Shown here: in pieces, positions 18,054 through 26,612 of the stretch | Position numbering within the stretch: the stretch's first letter is position 1 | Layout of the letters: the number at the start of each line of letters is the position of its first letter | NCBI RefSeq assembly: GCF_000284115.1 | Contig: NC_017080.1 | Span: 870,001-902,000, forward strand | DNA: 32,000 nt | Origin: Phycisphaera mikurensis NBRC 102666 | GTDB taxonomy: Bacteria > Planctomycetota > Phycisphaerae > Phycisphaerales > Phycisphaeraceae | Direction of reading: 5' to 3' | Notes under the pieces: generated by a model | What the model saw: only the letters and a program-made list of their open reading frames with translations | Database searches by the model: none | Told to the model about the DNA's origin: nothing | Position numbers and translations under genes: made by a program

Positions 18054-18784
18054 CGCGGCCCGCCCCCCAGCCGCCGATGGACGGCCGCGTGCAGCGCCAC
18101 CACGCGCTCGTGCACGAGGGCGAGGCCGGCGTCGGGCCCGAGCTCGCGCAGCCGCTTCGGCGGGATCGGCTCTCCGTAGGCGACGCCGATGCGCCCGGTG
18201 GGCGCCGGCAGCTTCGCGTGGATCGGCCAGGCCTCGAAGACGCCGGCGATGCCGACGGGGACCACGGTCGCGTCGGAACGCTTCAGGATCAGCTTGATCC
18301 CGTTCTGGAAGCCCTTCACCGCGCCGTCGGGGGTGCGGGCGCCCTCGGGGAAGAGCAGCAGCGCGTGCCCCTGGTTGAGCTTCTCGATGCAGGCCTTCAT
18401 CGCCTTGATGTCGCCCGCTTCCTGGTCGACCGGGATCGGGTTCATCGGCACGGTCAGCACGCGGTAGAACCTCGACGCCCACAGCGTCTTCCGCGCGAGC
18501 GGGTGGAACTGCCGCTTGTGGCAGCCGAGCCCGACGACGATCGGGTCCAGGAAGCTCTGGTGGTTGGACACAAAGACGACCGGACCGGCGTCGGGGATGT
18601 TCCGGACGCCCCAGGCCCGCCAGCGGTAGCACGCGACGAACCACAGCCAGGCGAGGGCGTGGTAGAGCTGCCACCACAGGATGCGGTGGACCGGCTCGCC
18701 GGGCTGGCGGTTGCGGACCCGCTGCAGGAGGCCGCCGGTCCGGGCGGGGCGGGGCGGCTGGGGCGTGGCGGGATCCCGGGGCAT
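18050..18784 (-). CDS. 1-acyl-sn-glycerol-3-phosphate acyltransferase family protein
   Basis: GPVVFVSNHQSFLDPIVVGLG (HX4D) and ALLLFPEGARTPDGAVKGFQNG; VVPVGIAGVFEAWP. Likely start MPRDPATP at 18784. Confidence 0.85.
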   Translation of the reverse strand: MPRDPATPQPPRPARTGGLLQRVRNRQPGEPVHRILWWQLYHALAWLWFVACYRWRAWGVRNIPDAGPVVFVSNHQSFLDPIVVGLGCHKRQFHPLARKTLWASRFYRVLTVPMNPIPVDQEAGDIKAMKACIEKLNQGHALLLFPEGARTPDGAVKGFQNGIKLILKRSDATVVPVGIAGVFEAWPIHAKLPAPTGRIGVAYGEPIPPKRLRELGPDAGLALVHERVVALHAAVHRRLGGGPR

Positions 18785-18881
18785 GGGCGAGCTGGTCCGT
18801 CCGGAGACGCGGGGGCGTGCGGATCGCACCCCGGCGACGCCGCGATGCGGCCCGGAAAGGTAGCGGCGTAGCTTGTGCCCG

Positions 18882-19169
18882 ATGCCCGGCACGCCCCCCT
18901 ACACCGCTTCCGAGGCGCTCGACCGCGGCTTCCTCGCGGCGCGGGCGCAGGCGCTGGAGATTGCGGCGCTGCTCGACCGCCTCGGGCGGGCGGGCCCGAT
19001 CGCGGAGGAGGACCCGCGCCTGCGGGCCTTCCTGGCGGGGCTGCCGGTGCTCACCGACGGCCGGGGCGACCGCGCCCGCCGGATGCTCGAAGCCTGGAGC
19101 GAGCCCCTTGCACCCCCCGCGGACGGCGCCGTGCCCGGGGCGGCGTGCGGCGTCCCCACGGCCCGGTGA
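18882..19169 (+). CDS. Small hypothetical protein
   Basis: MPGTPPYTASEALDRGFLAARAQALEIAALLDRLGRAGPIAEEDPRLRAFLAGLPVLTDGRGDRARRMLEAWSEPL; helical, protein-like composition. Confidence 0.55.
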   Translation: MPGTPPYTASEALDRGFLAARAQALEIAALLDRLGRAGPIAEEDPRLRAFLAGLPVLTDGRGDRARRMLEAWSEPLAPPADGAVPGAACGVPTAR

Positions 19170-19176
19170 GGCCGCG

Positions 19177-20118
19177 TCAGCCCGCGGACCGCGGCGGTTG
19201 GAGGCCTCGCGGGCCCGCGGTCCGCGGCGCCGCGAGCGCGGCCTCGAGGGCGGCGCGGAAGGCGCGGGCCCGCGCGAAGGTCCACGCCCACAGGCCCACG
19301 GCCAGCGCCAGCAGCAGCAGCGCGGTGGCCGGCGCCACCAGGCCCCGCCACCGCGGACCGATGCGGAAGAGCAGGTCCAAGCGGTCGGCGGCGTTGACGG
19401 CGAGCCCGATCGCGGCCACGGCGACGAGCGCCCGGAAGTAGCCGCGCCACAGCTTCCGCAGCGACAACGCCGCGGCGGGGGCGTCCGCCCGCGCCGCGAG
19501 GTCGTAGAGGTGGCGCCAGGCGAACATCAACCCGATGAAGAACAGCGCATGCGTGCCGCAGAGCGCCGTGTCCTGCAGCGTCCAGCTGCCGCCGACCCCG
19601 CGGCGGCTCGCGAGGGTCCACGCCGACCACGCCACGGCGGCGACCATCGCCGGCAGGCCCAGCGCGGTGAACCAGCGGGCGAACAGGCGGCCGTTGCGCT
19701 GCAGCCAGGGCTCGGGGGGGCCCGGGGGCTTCGTGGTCAGGCTCCACACGCCCGCGGTGGCGACGGCGAGGCCGGGGTAGACGCCCAGCGGCAGCAGCGC
19801 CATGCCGACGCTGAGCCGCCGGGCCCCGCCCAGGACGGCCCCGCGGAACGCCGGCGGGCCCGCGGCGAGCGGATCGGCCTGCGCCTCGACGTCGATCTCG
19901 CGGCCGCACTCGGGGCAGGCCGTCCCGGGCTTGCGGCCGCGGAGCAGGTAGCCGCAGCGCGGGCACGGAAGGTCGGCGTCGATGCGGCCGTCGCCGTCGA
20001 GCCGGACCGGCGGCGACGCCGGGAAGGCGAGCGTGGCGCGGCCGCCGGAGCGCGCCGGGCGGGGCGCGGTGCCCGCCGCCGGGCCGGCGGTCGGCTTCTC
20101 GTGGGGCGGCGTGGACAC
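19177..20118 (-). CDS. Zinc-ribbon multi-pass membrane protein of unknown function
   Basis: DADLPCPRCGYLLRGRKPGTACPECGREIDVEAQ followed by several hydrophobic segments. Confidence 0.75.
   Translation of the reverse strand: MSTPPHEKPTAGPAAGTAPRPARSGGRATLAFPASPPVRLDGDGRIDADLPCPRCGYLLRGRKPGTACPECGREIDVEAQADPLAAGPPAFRGAVLGGARRLSVGMALLPLGVYPGLAVATAGVWSLTTKPPGPPEPWLQRNGRLFARWFTALGLPAMVAAVAWSAWTLASRRGVGGSWTLQDTALCGTHALFFIGLMFAWRHLYDLAARADAPAAALSLRKLWRGYFRALVAVAAIGLAVNAADRLDLLFRIGPRWRGLVAPATALLLLALAVGLWAWTFARARAFRAALEAALAAPRTAGPRGLQPPRSAG
19182..19227. terminator. GC-rich inverted repeat at a convergent gene end
   Basis: CCGCGGACCGCGG (19182-19194) and CCGCGGTCCGCGG (19215-19227) are perfect 13-bp reverse complements, at the convergent ends of the 19169 and 19177 genes. 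Confidence 0.5.
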
Positions 20119-20320
20119 CGCCCGACGCTATCGCCGCGTGGACGTCTCGGGGTGCGCCTGCGGCACACCGCACCGCGCCTCACCTCCCGCCGCCCCCGCG
20201 GGCGGGCTTCCGCCCCGGCCGCGTCGGTCCCCATCGCCGTGCCAGGGCACGGCCGCTTCGACCTCTCGCCGGAGCGAAAGCCCGCGGACGCGGGAACCGC
20301 AAGGAACGGGGCGCACTTCG

Positions 20321-21751
20321 CTAGCTCCGCTGGAAGCCGAACTCCGGCCGCGGCAGCCGCGTCGGCTTGGCGTGCGGCCCCCGCGGCCTCCCGCCCGCCG
20401 GCTTGGCCGGCTTCCCGGAGGCCTGCGGGTTCGCCGCCCGCCGCGGCGAGCGGGCCATCAGCATCGTCCCGCTGAGCCCGCCGGCGATCAGGAAGTTCAG
20501 CGGGCTCTCCATGCCGTTGAAGAGGCAGTCCACCTGGTAGATCGCCAGCATCATCGCCAGCGCGGTCGAGGGCGCCACCGAGCGCTGCAGCCAGCGGTAC
20601 GCCGGGAACCGCCACAGGAACATCAGCACCGGCAGGATCAGCGAGAGCATGAAGAAGCCCATGCCCAGGATCCCGGCCTTGCCGTAGAGGATGATCCACA
20701 GCCCGTCGGCGACGCTGGTCTTGTCGCCGGCCTCGTTGAACACCGCGGAGCGGTTCCACCCGCCCCAGCCGAAGACCGGCCGCTGCGAGGCCTTCTCGAT
20801 CAGCACGTTCTCGTTGACGAAGCGGAAGTTCAGCGACTGGGCCCGCTCGGAGCTGAAGCGTGCGACGAAGTCGACGAGGTCGGTTCCGTCCCAGACGCCC
20901 TTGGCCCGGGCGATGATGTACAGCGGCGACACCAGCATGAACACGATCATCGGCAGGCGGGTCTGCAGGATCACCGCCGCGAAGAGGGCCGCGGTGACGC
21001 CCACCGCCAGGACGATCGCGCCGGTGCCCTTGCAGAAGAAAGCGACCACCGCGAGAACGGGAACCGCCGCGGCCATCAGCACCGGCGTGCGGCCGATGCG
21101 GACGGGCACCCGGCTCCGCCAGAGGATCAACCCGATGACCGCCCCCGAGCACATGTACAGCGAGGTCATCAGCCCGGACTGCATGAAGCCGCGCGGCCGG
21201 TAGCCGCCCCAGCGGACCGCGTGGGCGAAGCCGTGCTGGTGGAAGCCGTAGAAGTTGCGGTGCAGCGTCGGCGCCATCCGCATCTCCCAGAGGCAGATCG
21301 GGATGTAGGCGAAGGCGCCCATGAGGAAAGCGGTCGCCAGCAGCCGCATGTCGTCGGCGGTCTTGAAGTACATCCGCCCGATGAACCAGGGCAGGGTCCA
21401 GCTGCCCAGCCAGGCGTTGGTCTCGGAGAGGCCGTCGTAGATGCCCAGGCCGTTGGAGATCGACGACGCCATCGGCGAGACGATCGTGAACATGATCAGC
21501 GGGGCGTCGATCCAGCGGAGCTTGAAGCGGATCAGCCGGCCCTGGTCGAAGAGCGCCGTCGCGAGCAGCACCCCCGCCGAGCTGGCCGACATCTTGGTGT
21601 AGTCGGGCAGGCCGCTGAGCTTGTAGCCCGCCATCGGCAGGAACAGCCACGCCAGGAAGAAGCACCAGACCACGGCGCGCTTCGGCGGCATCACCATGAA
21701 CAGCGCGAGGGTGAAGGGGATCCACCCGAACATCGTGAGCGAGGTGAGCAT
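20321..21751 (-). CDS. O-antigen ligase/polymerase-like multi-pass membrane protein
   Basis: Many TM segments, large loops, central SLNFRFVNENVLIEKASQRPVFGWGGWNRSAVFNEAGDKTSVADGLWIILYGKAGILGMGFF, the typical pattern of O-antigen ligase-like proteins. Confidence 0.7.
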   Translation of the reverse strand: MLTSLTMFGWIPFTLALFMVMPPKRAVVWCFFLAWLFLPMAGYKLSGLPDYTKMSASSAGVLLATALFDQGRLIRFKLRWIDAPLIMFTIVSPMASSISNGLGIYDGLSETNAWLGSWTLPWFIGRMYFKTADDMRLLATAFLMGAFAYIPICLWEMRMAPTLHRNFYGFHQHGFAHAVRWGGYRPRGFMQSGLMTSLYMCSGAVIGLILWRSRVPVRIGRTPVLMAAAVPVLAVVAFFCKGTGAIVLAVGVTAALFAAVILQTRLPMIVFMLVSPLYIIARAKGVWDGTDLVDFVARFSSERAQSLNFRFVNENVLIEKASQRPVFGWGGWNRSAVFNEAGDKTSVADGLWIILYGKAGILGMGFFMLSLILPVLMFLWRFPAYRWLQRSVAPSTALAMMLAIYQVDCLFNGMESPLNFLIAGGLSGTMLMARSPRRAANPQASGKPAKPAGGRPRGPHAKPTRLPRPEFGFQRS

Positions 21752-21959
21752 GCGCAGGGCCTATCGGCGGAATCCGGGTGCGGCATCGACGGGCCGCCCG
21801 GCGGCCGCTCAAGCGTCCGCCGCGGCGAGCCGACACGGTCGCGAACAACGTAGGAGCGGCGGGCGCCCGGAGACGGCCGCGACCGGGGGCGCGGCCAAAG
21901 CGTTCCGTGTCTCTACCGTTGCCTCCGCCTCGCCCGCCCTCCGGCCCGATGATCACCGC

Positions 21960-23351
21960 ATGCCCGACCGCCACCGCAAGCACTTCGTCCTCGACACCAA
22001 CGTCCTCCTGCACAACTCCGCGGCCCTGCGTCTGTTCGACGACAACCACGTGGTCATCCCCTTCGCGGTGGTCGAGGAGCTGGACACCTTCAAGAAGAAC
22101 AACGACGACAACGGCCGGGCCGCCCGCGAGGTGATCCGCCAGCTCGACCGGCTGCGGAAGAAGGGCAAGCTCAACGAGGGCATCGTGTGGAACGACCACG
22201 GCGGCACGGTCCGGATCGCCTTCGCCAGCGACGGCGACGCCCCGCCGAACATCAAGCTCGACTCGCCCGACAACCGCATCATCGCGGTGGCCTGGAAGCT
22301 CCAGGAGGAGGGCCGCGAGGCGGTGCTGGTGACCAAGGACATCAACGTCCGCATCCGCACCGACGCGCTGGGCGTGCCCACCGAGGACTTCGAGGCCCAG
22401 AAGGTGGACGCCGACCGGATGTACCGCGGCTACGAGGAGGTGACCGCGCCCGACGAGCTCATCGACGAGCTGTACGCGGAGAAGCAGCTGGAGCTGGAGG
22501 CCATCGAGCCTTACCTGGTGCGGCCGCCCGAGGAGGAGGGCGGCGCGCCGGTGCCCTTCGCGCTGCACGCGAACCAGTTCGCCCACCTGCGGGGCACCGG
22601 CTCGGGCAGCCACGTCGGCCTCGGCCGCCGGCTCGCCGACACCGATCACCTCATCCCGATCCAGAACCAGCGCAAGGCCGTGCACGGCATCGTCGCCCGC
22701 AACGTGCAGCAGACGATGGCGCTGGACCTCCTGCTCGACGACGACATCCCGCTGGTCACGCTGCTGGGCTCGGCGGGCACGGGCAAGACGATGCTCGCGC
22801 TCGCCGCGGGCATGACCCGCACCGTCCAGGAAGACCGTTACGACAAGCTCCTGGTGGCCCGGCCGATCATGCCGATGGGCCGCGACATCGGCTACCTGCC
22901 CGGCACCAAGGACGAGAAGCTGGGCGCTTGGATGCAGCCGATCTTCGACAACCTCGAGTACCTGCTCTCGCGGCGCGGCGTGGGCAGCCCGCACGCCGAG
23001 AGCCGAACCTCCGAAGCCCGCGTGGAGAACCTGCTCAGCCAGGGCAAAGTCGTGCTCGAGCCGCTCACGTACATCCGCGGCCGCAGCATCCCCAACAACT
23101 TCATGATCGTCGACGAGGCGCAGAACCTCACGCCCCACGAGGTGAAGACCATCGTCAGCCGCGTGGGCGAGGGCACCAAGATCGTGCTCACCGGGGACGT
23201 GCACCAGATCGACAACCCGTACCTGGACACCGCGAGCAACGGCCTGGCGTACCTCATCGAGCGGCTGAAGGGCCATCCGCTGGTGGGGCACGTGACGCTG
23301 GCCAAGAGCGAGCGGAGCGAGCTGGCGAGCCTCGCGGCGGAGCGGCTGTAG
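21960..23351 (+). CDS. PhoH family protein with N-terminal PIN domain
   Basis: MPDRHRKHFVLDTNVLLHNSAALRLFDDNHVVIPFAVVEELD (PIN); LVTLLGSAGTGKTMLALAAGM (Walker A); GRSIPNNFMIVDEAQNLTPHEVKTIVSRVGEGTKIVLTGDVHQIDNPYL. Start at 21960 rather than 21696. Confidence 0.92.
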   Translation: MPDRHRKHFVLDTNVLLHNSAALRLFDDNHVVIPFAVVEELDTFKKNNDDNGRAAREVIRQLDRLRKKGKLNEGIVWNDHGGTVRIAFASDGDAPPNIKLDSPDNRIIAVAWKLQEEGREAVLVTKDINVRIRTDALGVPTEDFEAQKVDADRMYRGYEEVTAPDELIDELYAEKQLELEAIEPYLVRPPEEEGGAPVPFALHANQFAHLRGTGSGSHVGLGRRLADTDHLIPIQNQRKAVHGIVARNVQQTMALDLLLDDDIPLVTLLGSAGTGKTMLALAAGMTRTVQEDRYDKLLVARPIMPMGRDIGYLPGTKDEKLGAWMQPIFDNLEYLLSRRGVGSPHAESRTSEARVENLLSQGKVVLEPLTYIRGRSIPNNFMIVDEAQNLTPHEVKTIVSRVGEGTKIVLTGDVHQIDNPYLDTASNGLAYLIERLKGHPLVGHVTLAKSERSELASLAAERL

Positions 23352-23419
23352 CGTCGGGGTCGCTTCCGCGGACCTGCGGGAGGCCCGCCGGGCCGTGGAT
23401 TTTCGGGTAAGGTTCGGGG

Positions 23420-24607
23420 ATGGACGATCCCGGGGATGCTCGGCCGGACAAGGCCGCGGAGGTGCTGGCGGTTCTGACGCTGCTGCTGACGCCGGGGCTG
23501 GGCCGGGTGAAGCTGCGGGCGGGGCTGGGCCACTTCGGATCCGCCGCCGCGGCCGCCGCGAGCGCGGACTGGTCGCGCGTGCCGGGGGTCGGCGAGCGCG
23601 CCGCCGGGAACCTGGGCCGGGCGCTCGCGGCGACGCGGGCGGCCGGGAGGGCGGAGGCGGAGCTGGCGGCCGCCGCGGCGGTGGGTGCGGAGGCGGTGCT
23701 GCTGGAGGACCTGCCCTTCGCCCTGCAGCGGACGCCGGACGCGCCGCCGCTGCTGTTCGTCCGCGGCCGCTTCGTGGTGGAGGATGCGCTCGCGGTGGGC
23801 GTGGTCGGCTCGCGGGCCTGCTCGGCCTACGGCCGCGAGCAGGCGGCCCGCTTCGCCGCTCATGCGGCCGATGCGGGCATGACCGTGGTCAGCGGCGGGG
23901 CCCGCGGCATCGACGGCGAGGCGCACCGGGCGGTGCTGCGGCGCCTGGAGCTCGGAGGCCGCGGCCGCACGGTGGCCGTGCTCGGCTCGGGCCTGGGCAA
24001 GCCCTACCCCGCCGAGCACGCCGGGATGTTCGAGGAGATCGTCGACCGCGGCGGCGTCGTCTGCTCGGAGCTGCCGGTGGGCACGCCGCCCTCGAAGCAG
24101 AGCTTCCCGGCACGCAACCGGATCATCAGCGGGCTCTCGCTGGGGATCCTCGTGGTGGAGGCGGCGGACCGCAGCGGCGCCTCGATCACCGCCCGCCTCG
24201 CCTCCGACGAGCACGGCCGCGTCGTCATGGCGATCCCCGGACGCCTCAGCGACCCGAGCTCGGCCGGCTGCCACCGCATGATCCGCGAGGGCGCGACGCT
24301 GGTGAGCTCGCCGCCGGAGATGCTCGACGCGCTCGGCGAGGCCGGGCAGCGCCTGCAGGAGGAGCTGGAAGCCCGCGGCGACCTCGCGCCCGACGCGTCC
24401 GCCGACGCCGAGCCCATCGCCGTCGCGTCGCTGACGGAGCTGCAGAAGCGGGTCGTCGCGGCGCTGCCCGAGCGGGGCGGCGCCGGGGTGGACGCCCTCG
24501 CCGCCGCCACCGGTCTGCCGGCGGCCTCGCTGTTCGGCGAACTGACGGTGCTCGAGCTTCGCGGCGTCATCACCAAGAGCAGCGCGGGTTTCCGCCAGCG
24601 CGGATGA
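23420..24607 (+). CDS. dprA: DNA-processing protein DprA
   Basis: VGVVGSRACSAYGREQAARFAAHAADAGMTVVSGGARGIDGEAHRAVLRRLELGGRGRTVAVLGSGLGKPYPAEHAGMFEEIVDRGGVVCSELPVGTPPSKQSFPARNRIISGLSLGILVVEAADRSGASITARLASDEHGR, plus a C-terminal winged-helix-like domain. Confidence 0.95.
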   Translation: MDDPGDARPDKAAEVLAVLTLLLTPGLGRVKLRAGLGHFGSAAAAAASADWSRVPGVGERAAGNLGRALAATRAAGRAEAELAAAAAVGAEAVLLEDLPFALQRTPDAPPLLFVRGRFVVEDALAVGVVGSRACSAYGREQAARFAAHAADAGMTVVSGGARGIDGEAHRAVLRRLELGGRGRTVAVLGSGLGKPYPAEHAGMFEEIVDRGGVVCSELPVGTPPSKQSFPARNRIISGLSLGILVVEAADRSGASITARLASDEHGRVVMAIPGRLSDPSSAGCHRMIREGATLVSSPPEMLDALGEAGQRLQEELEARGDLAPDASADAEPIAVASLTELQKRVVAALPERGGAGVDALAAATGLPAASLFGELTVLELRGVITKSSAGFRQRG

Positions 24608-24616
24608 GGCTTCCCG

Positions 24617-24662
24617 CCGCGGACCGCGGCCCGGGCACGCCCTCGCGGGGCGCGGTCCGCGG
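24617..24662. terminator. GC-rich inverted repeat between convergent dprA and dioxygenase genes
   Basis: CCGCGGACCGCG (24617-24628) and CGCGGTCCGCGG (24651-24662) are perfect 12-bp reverse complements; the element fits exactly between the stops at 24607 and 24664. Confidence 0.6.
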
Positions 24663-24663
24663 A

Positions 24664-25635
24664 TCAGCCATCGCCGACGGCGCGGCCGGGCTTCTGCTCC
24701 TTCGCGCAGCCGCCCTCGCCGCTGGGGCGGACGTGCGGGCGATTGACGTCGCGGGTGCCCATCCAGGCGTACGGGTCCTCGCCGGCGATCATCACGACGT
24801 CGCGGGCGTCGGCCTTGGCCACGGTGCGGTTGTGGTCGAGGAAGGTGTCGTGCTCCTGGAGGTTGGCCGTCCAGGGCAGGAGCGAGGTCGCGCTCATGTA
24901 GTGGTTCACCAGCACGCGGCGGAAGCCGGCGGTCGCGGTGTTCGGCAGCGAGCGGTGCAGCAGGTAGCCGTTGAAGAACACGATCGACCCGGCCTTCACC
25001 TCCACCGGCACGGCGTCCTCCTCGCTCCAGGGGAAGCCGGTGCTCTCCTCGGCGCAGTCGAAGCGGCGGTCCTCCTGCACGGCCTGCGGGTAGAGGACGC
25101 CGCGGCGGTGCGAGCCGGGCAGCACCCACAGGCAGCCGTTCTCGGTGGTGGCGTCGTCGAGGGCGATCCAGCCGCCGCACAGCGAGCGGTCGCGGGTGGG
25201 GATGTAGTCCTCGTCCTGGTGCCAGGCCTGGCCGGGCTTGCCGGCGGCCTTGATGAACAGCATCGACTGCATGCACTTCACGTCGGGCCCGATGACGCCG
25301 GTGAGCGTCTCGACCATCGCCGGCGTGGAGAGCATGCCGTGGAGGAAGGCCGAGATCTTGTGCGGGAAGTGGATGCAGAGGTACTGCTTGAGCACCTCCT
25401 CGTCGGTCTGTCCTCCGTGATCGCCGAGCTGGCCGCCGAAGGCGCCGCGTTTCCCGCGGCACACGGCCGTCGCCTCGTCGAGCACGCGGCGGACGTCGTC
25501 CGCGTCGAGCGCGTTCTCAACGATGAGGTAGCCGTTCTCGTGGTAGAAGCCGGCGGCCTCGGGCGTGAGGAAGCCCGGTCGCGAGGCGTCGAGGCGGGCG
25601 GCGGCGGGCGGGGCGAGCGAAGTGGCGGTGGTCAT
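24664..25635 (-). CDS. Phytanoyl-CoA dioxygenase (PhyH) family protein
   Basis: FLTPEAAGFYHENGYLIVENALDADDVRRVLDEA; KAAGKPGQAWHQDEDYIPTRDRSLCGGWIALDDATTENGCLWVLPGSHRRGVLYP; VFFNGYLLHRSLPNTATAGFRRVLVNHYMSA. Confidence 0.88.
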   Translation of the reverse strand: MTTATSLAPPAAARLDASRPGFLTPEAAGFYHENGYLIVENALDADDVRRVLDEATAVCRGKRGAFGGQLGDHGGQTDEEVLKQYLCIHFPHKISAFLHGMLSTPAMVETLTGVIGPDVKCMQSMLFIKAAGKPGQAWHQDEDYIPTRDRSLCGGWIALDDATTENGCLWVLPGSHRRGVLYPQAVQEDRRFDCAEESTGFPWSEEDAVPVEVKAGSIVFFNGYLLHRSLPNTATAGFRRVLVNHYMSATSLLPWTANLQEHDTFLDHNRTVAKADARDVVMIAGEDPYAWMGTRDVNRPHVRPSGEGGCAKEQKPGRAVGDG

Positions 25636-25643
25636 GGCGATGG

Positions 25644-25694
25644 GTCCGGGCGAGGCGTGGGTCCGGGAGAGGCGTGGGTCCGGGGGAGGCGTGG
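25644..25694. repeat. Three 17-bp tandem repeats immediately upstream of the PhyH-family start codon
   Basis: GTCCGGGCGAGGCGTGG / GTCCGGGAGAGGCGTGG / GTCCGGGGGAGGCGTGG (25644, 25661, 25678); only position 8 varies. Confidence 0.85.
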
Positions 25695-25870
25695 ATCCGG
25701 GGCGTGTCCCGGGCGAACATCATCGCAGAACAGCCGCGGCAACGCCATGCCCGGCCCGATCCAAAACATGCCCGAGAGTGAGATGTACCCCGCCGCACGG
25801 GAGCGACCGCCCGCGCCCCGCAGCGGCTCATCCGGGATCCGCGAACGCGTCGAACCTGCTTCTTCGAAAG

Positions 25871-26546
25871 TTGCGTGGCGAAGCCACGCTGGCCACGTCG
25901 CGGATCCAGCTTCCTCGCGCACAAGCAGACAGAGCGGCGTCGCCGCTCAGCTCTCGCAGCCAGCCTGGCCGCGTTAGCTGCGTGGCGACGCCACGCTGTC
26001 CGCGTCGCCGATCCAGCTCCCTCGCGCACAAGCAGACAGAGCGGCGTCGCCGCTCAGCTCTCTCCGCCAGCCTGGCCGCGTTCGCTGCGTGGCGACGCCA
26101 CGCTGTCCGAGTCGCCAATCCAGCTATTGCGCGCACAAGCAGACAGAGCGGCGTCGCCGCTCAGCTCTCTCCGCCAGCCTGGCCGCGATAGCTGCGTGGC
26201 GACGCCACGCTGTCCGAGCCGCCGATCCAGCTCCCTCGCGCACAAGGCAGACAGAGCGGCGTCGCCGCTCAGCTCTCGCCGCCAGCCTGGCCGCGCTAGC
26301 TGCGTGGCGACGCCACGCTGTCCGGGTCGCGATCCAGCTCCCTCGCGCACAAGGCAGACAGAGCGGCGTCGCCGCTCAGCTCTCTCCGCCAGCCTGGCCG
26401 CGCTAGCTGCGTGGCGACGCCACGCTGTCCGGGTCGCGACCCAGCTCCTTCGCGCACAAGCAGACAGAGCGGCGTCGCCGCTCAGCTCTCGGAGCCGACG
26501 ACGCCACGCTGATTGGGTCGCGGATCCAGCTCCCTCGCGCACAAGC
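25871..26546. repeat. Palindrome-rich tandem array, unit ~107 bp, about 6 copies
   Basis: GCAGACAGAGCGGCGTCGCCGCTCAGCTCTC occurs at 25925, 26032, 26139, 26247, 26354 and 26460. GCGTGGCGACGCCACGC (first copy imperfect) occurs at 25873, 25980, 26087, 26194, 26302 and 26409. Confidence 0.95.
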
Positions 26547-26612
26547 CAGGCACCGCGGCCTCGCCTCCGGAGCCAGCCGCGTGACGCCGGTTCCGGTTGC
26601 GGCTCCCGGCGT

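Noticed and set aside
17208-18677. Full 489-aa ORF as a single acyltransferase
   Set aside because: Its N-terminal ~200 residues are the shadow of the upstream PlsC gene; coding signal starts at about GTG 18053.
20281-20294. CCCGCG-GA-CGCGGG as another hairpin of the shared family
   Set aside because: Loop too short for the full stem, lacks the GGACCG/CGGTCC core, and could arise by chance in this GC-rich sequence.
19737-23291. 1184-aa minus-strand ORF
   Set aside because: Spans several well-supported genes in the wrong frame; composition is shadow-like (HDHxV/GxG/Arg-rich).
21960-23351. PIN-PhoH pair as a new toxin-antitoxin or defence module
   Set aside because: PIN-PhoH fusions are widespread and well known; nothing in the neighbourhood suggests a defence island.
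25871-26546. CRISPR array
   Set aside because: The whole ~107-bp unit is repeated; there are no unique spacers between short repeats and no cas genes nearby.
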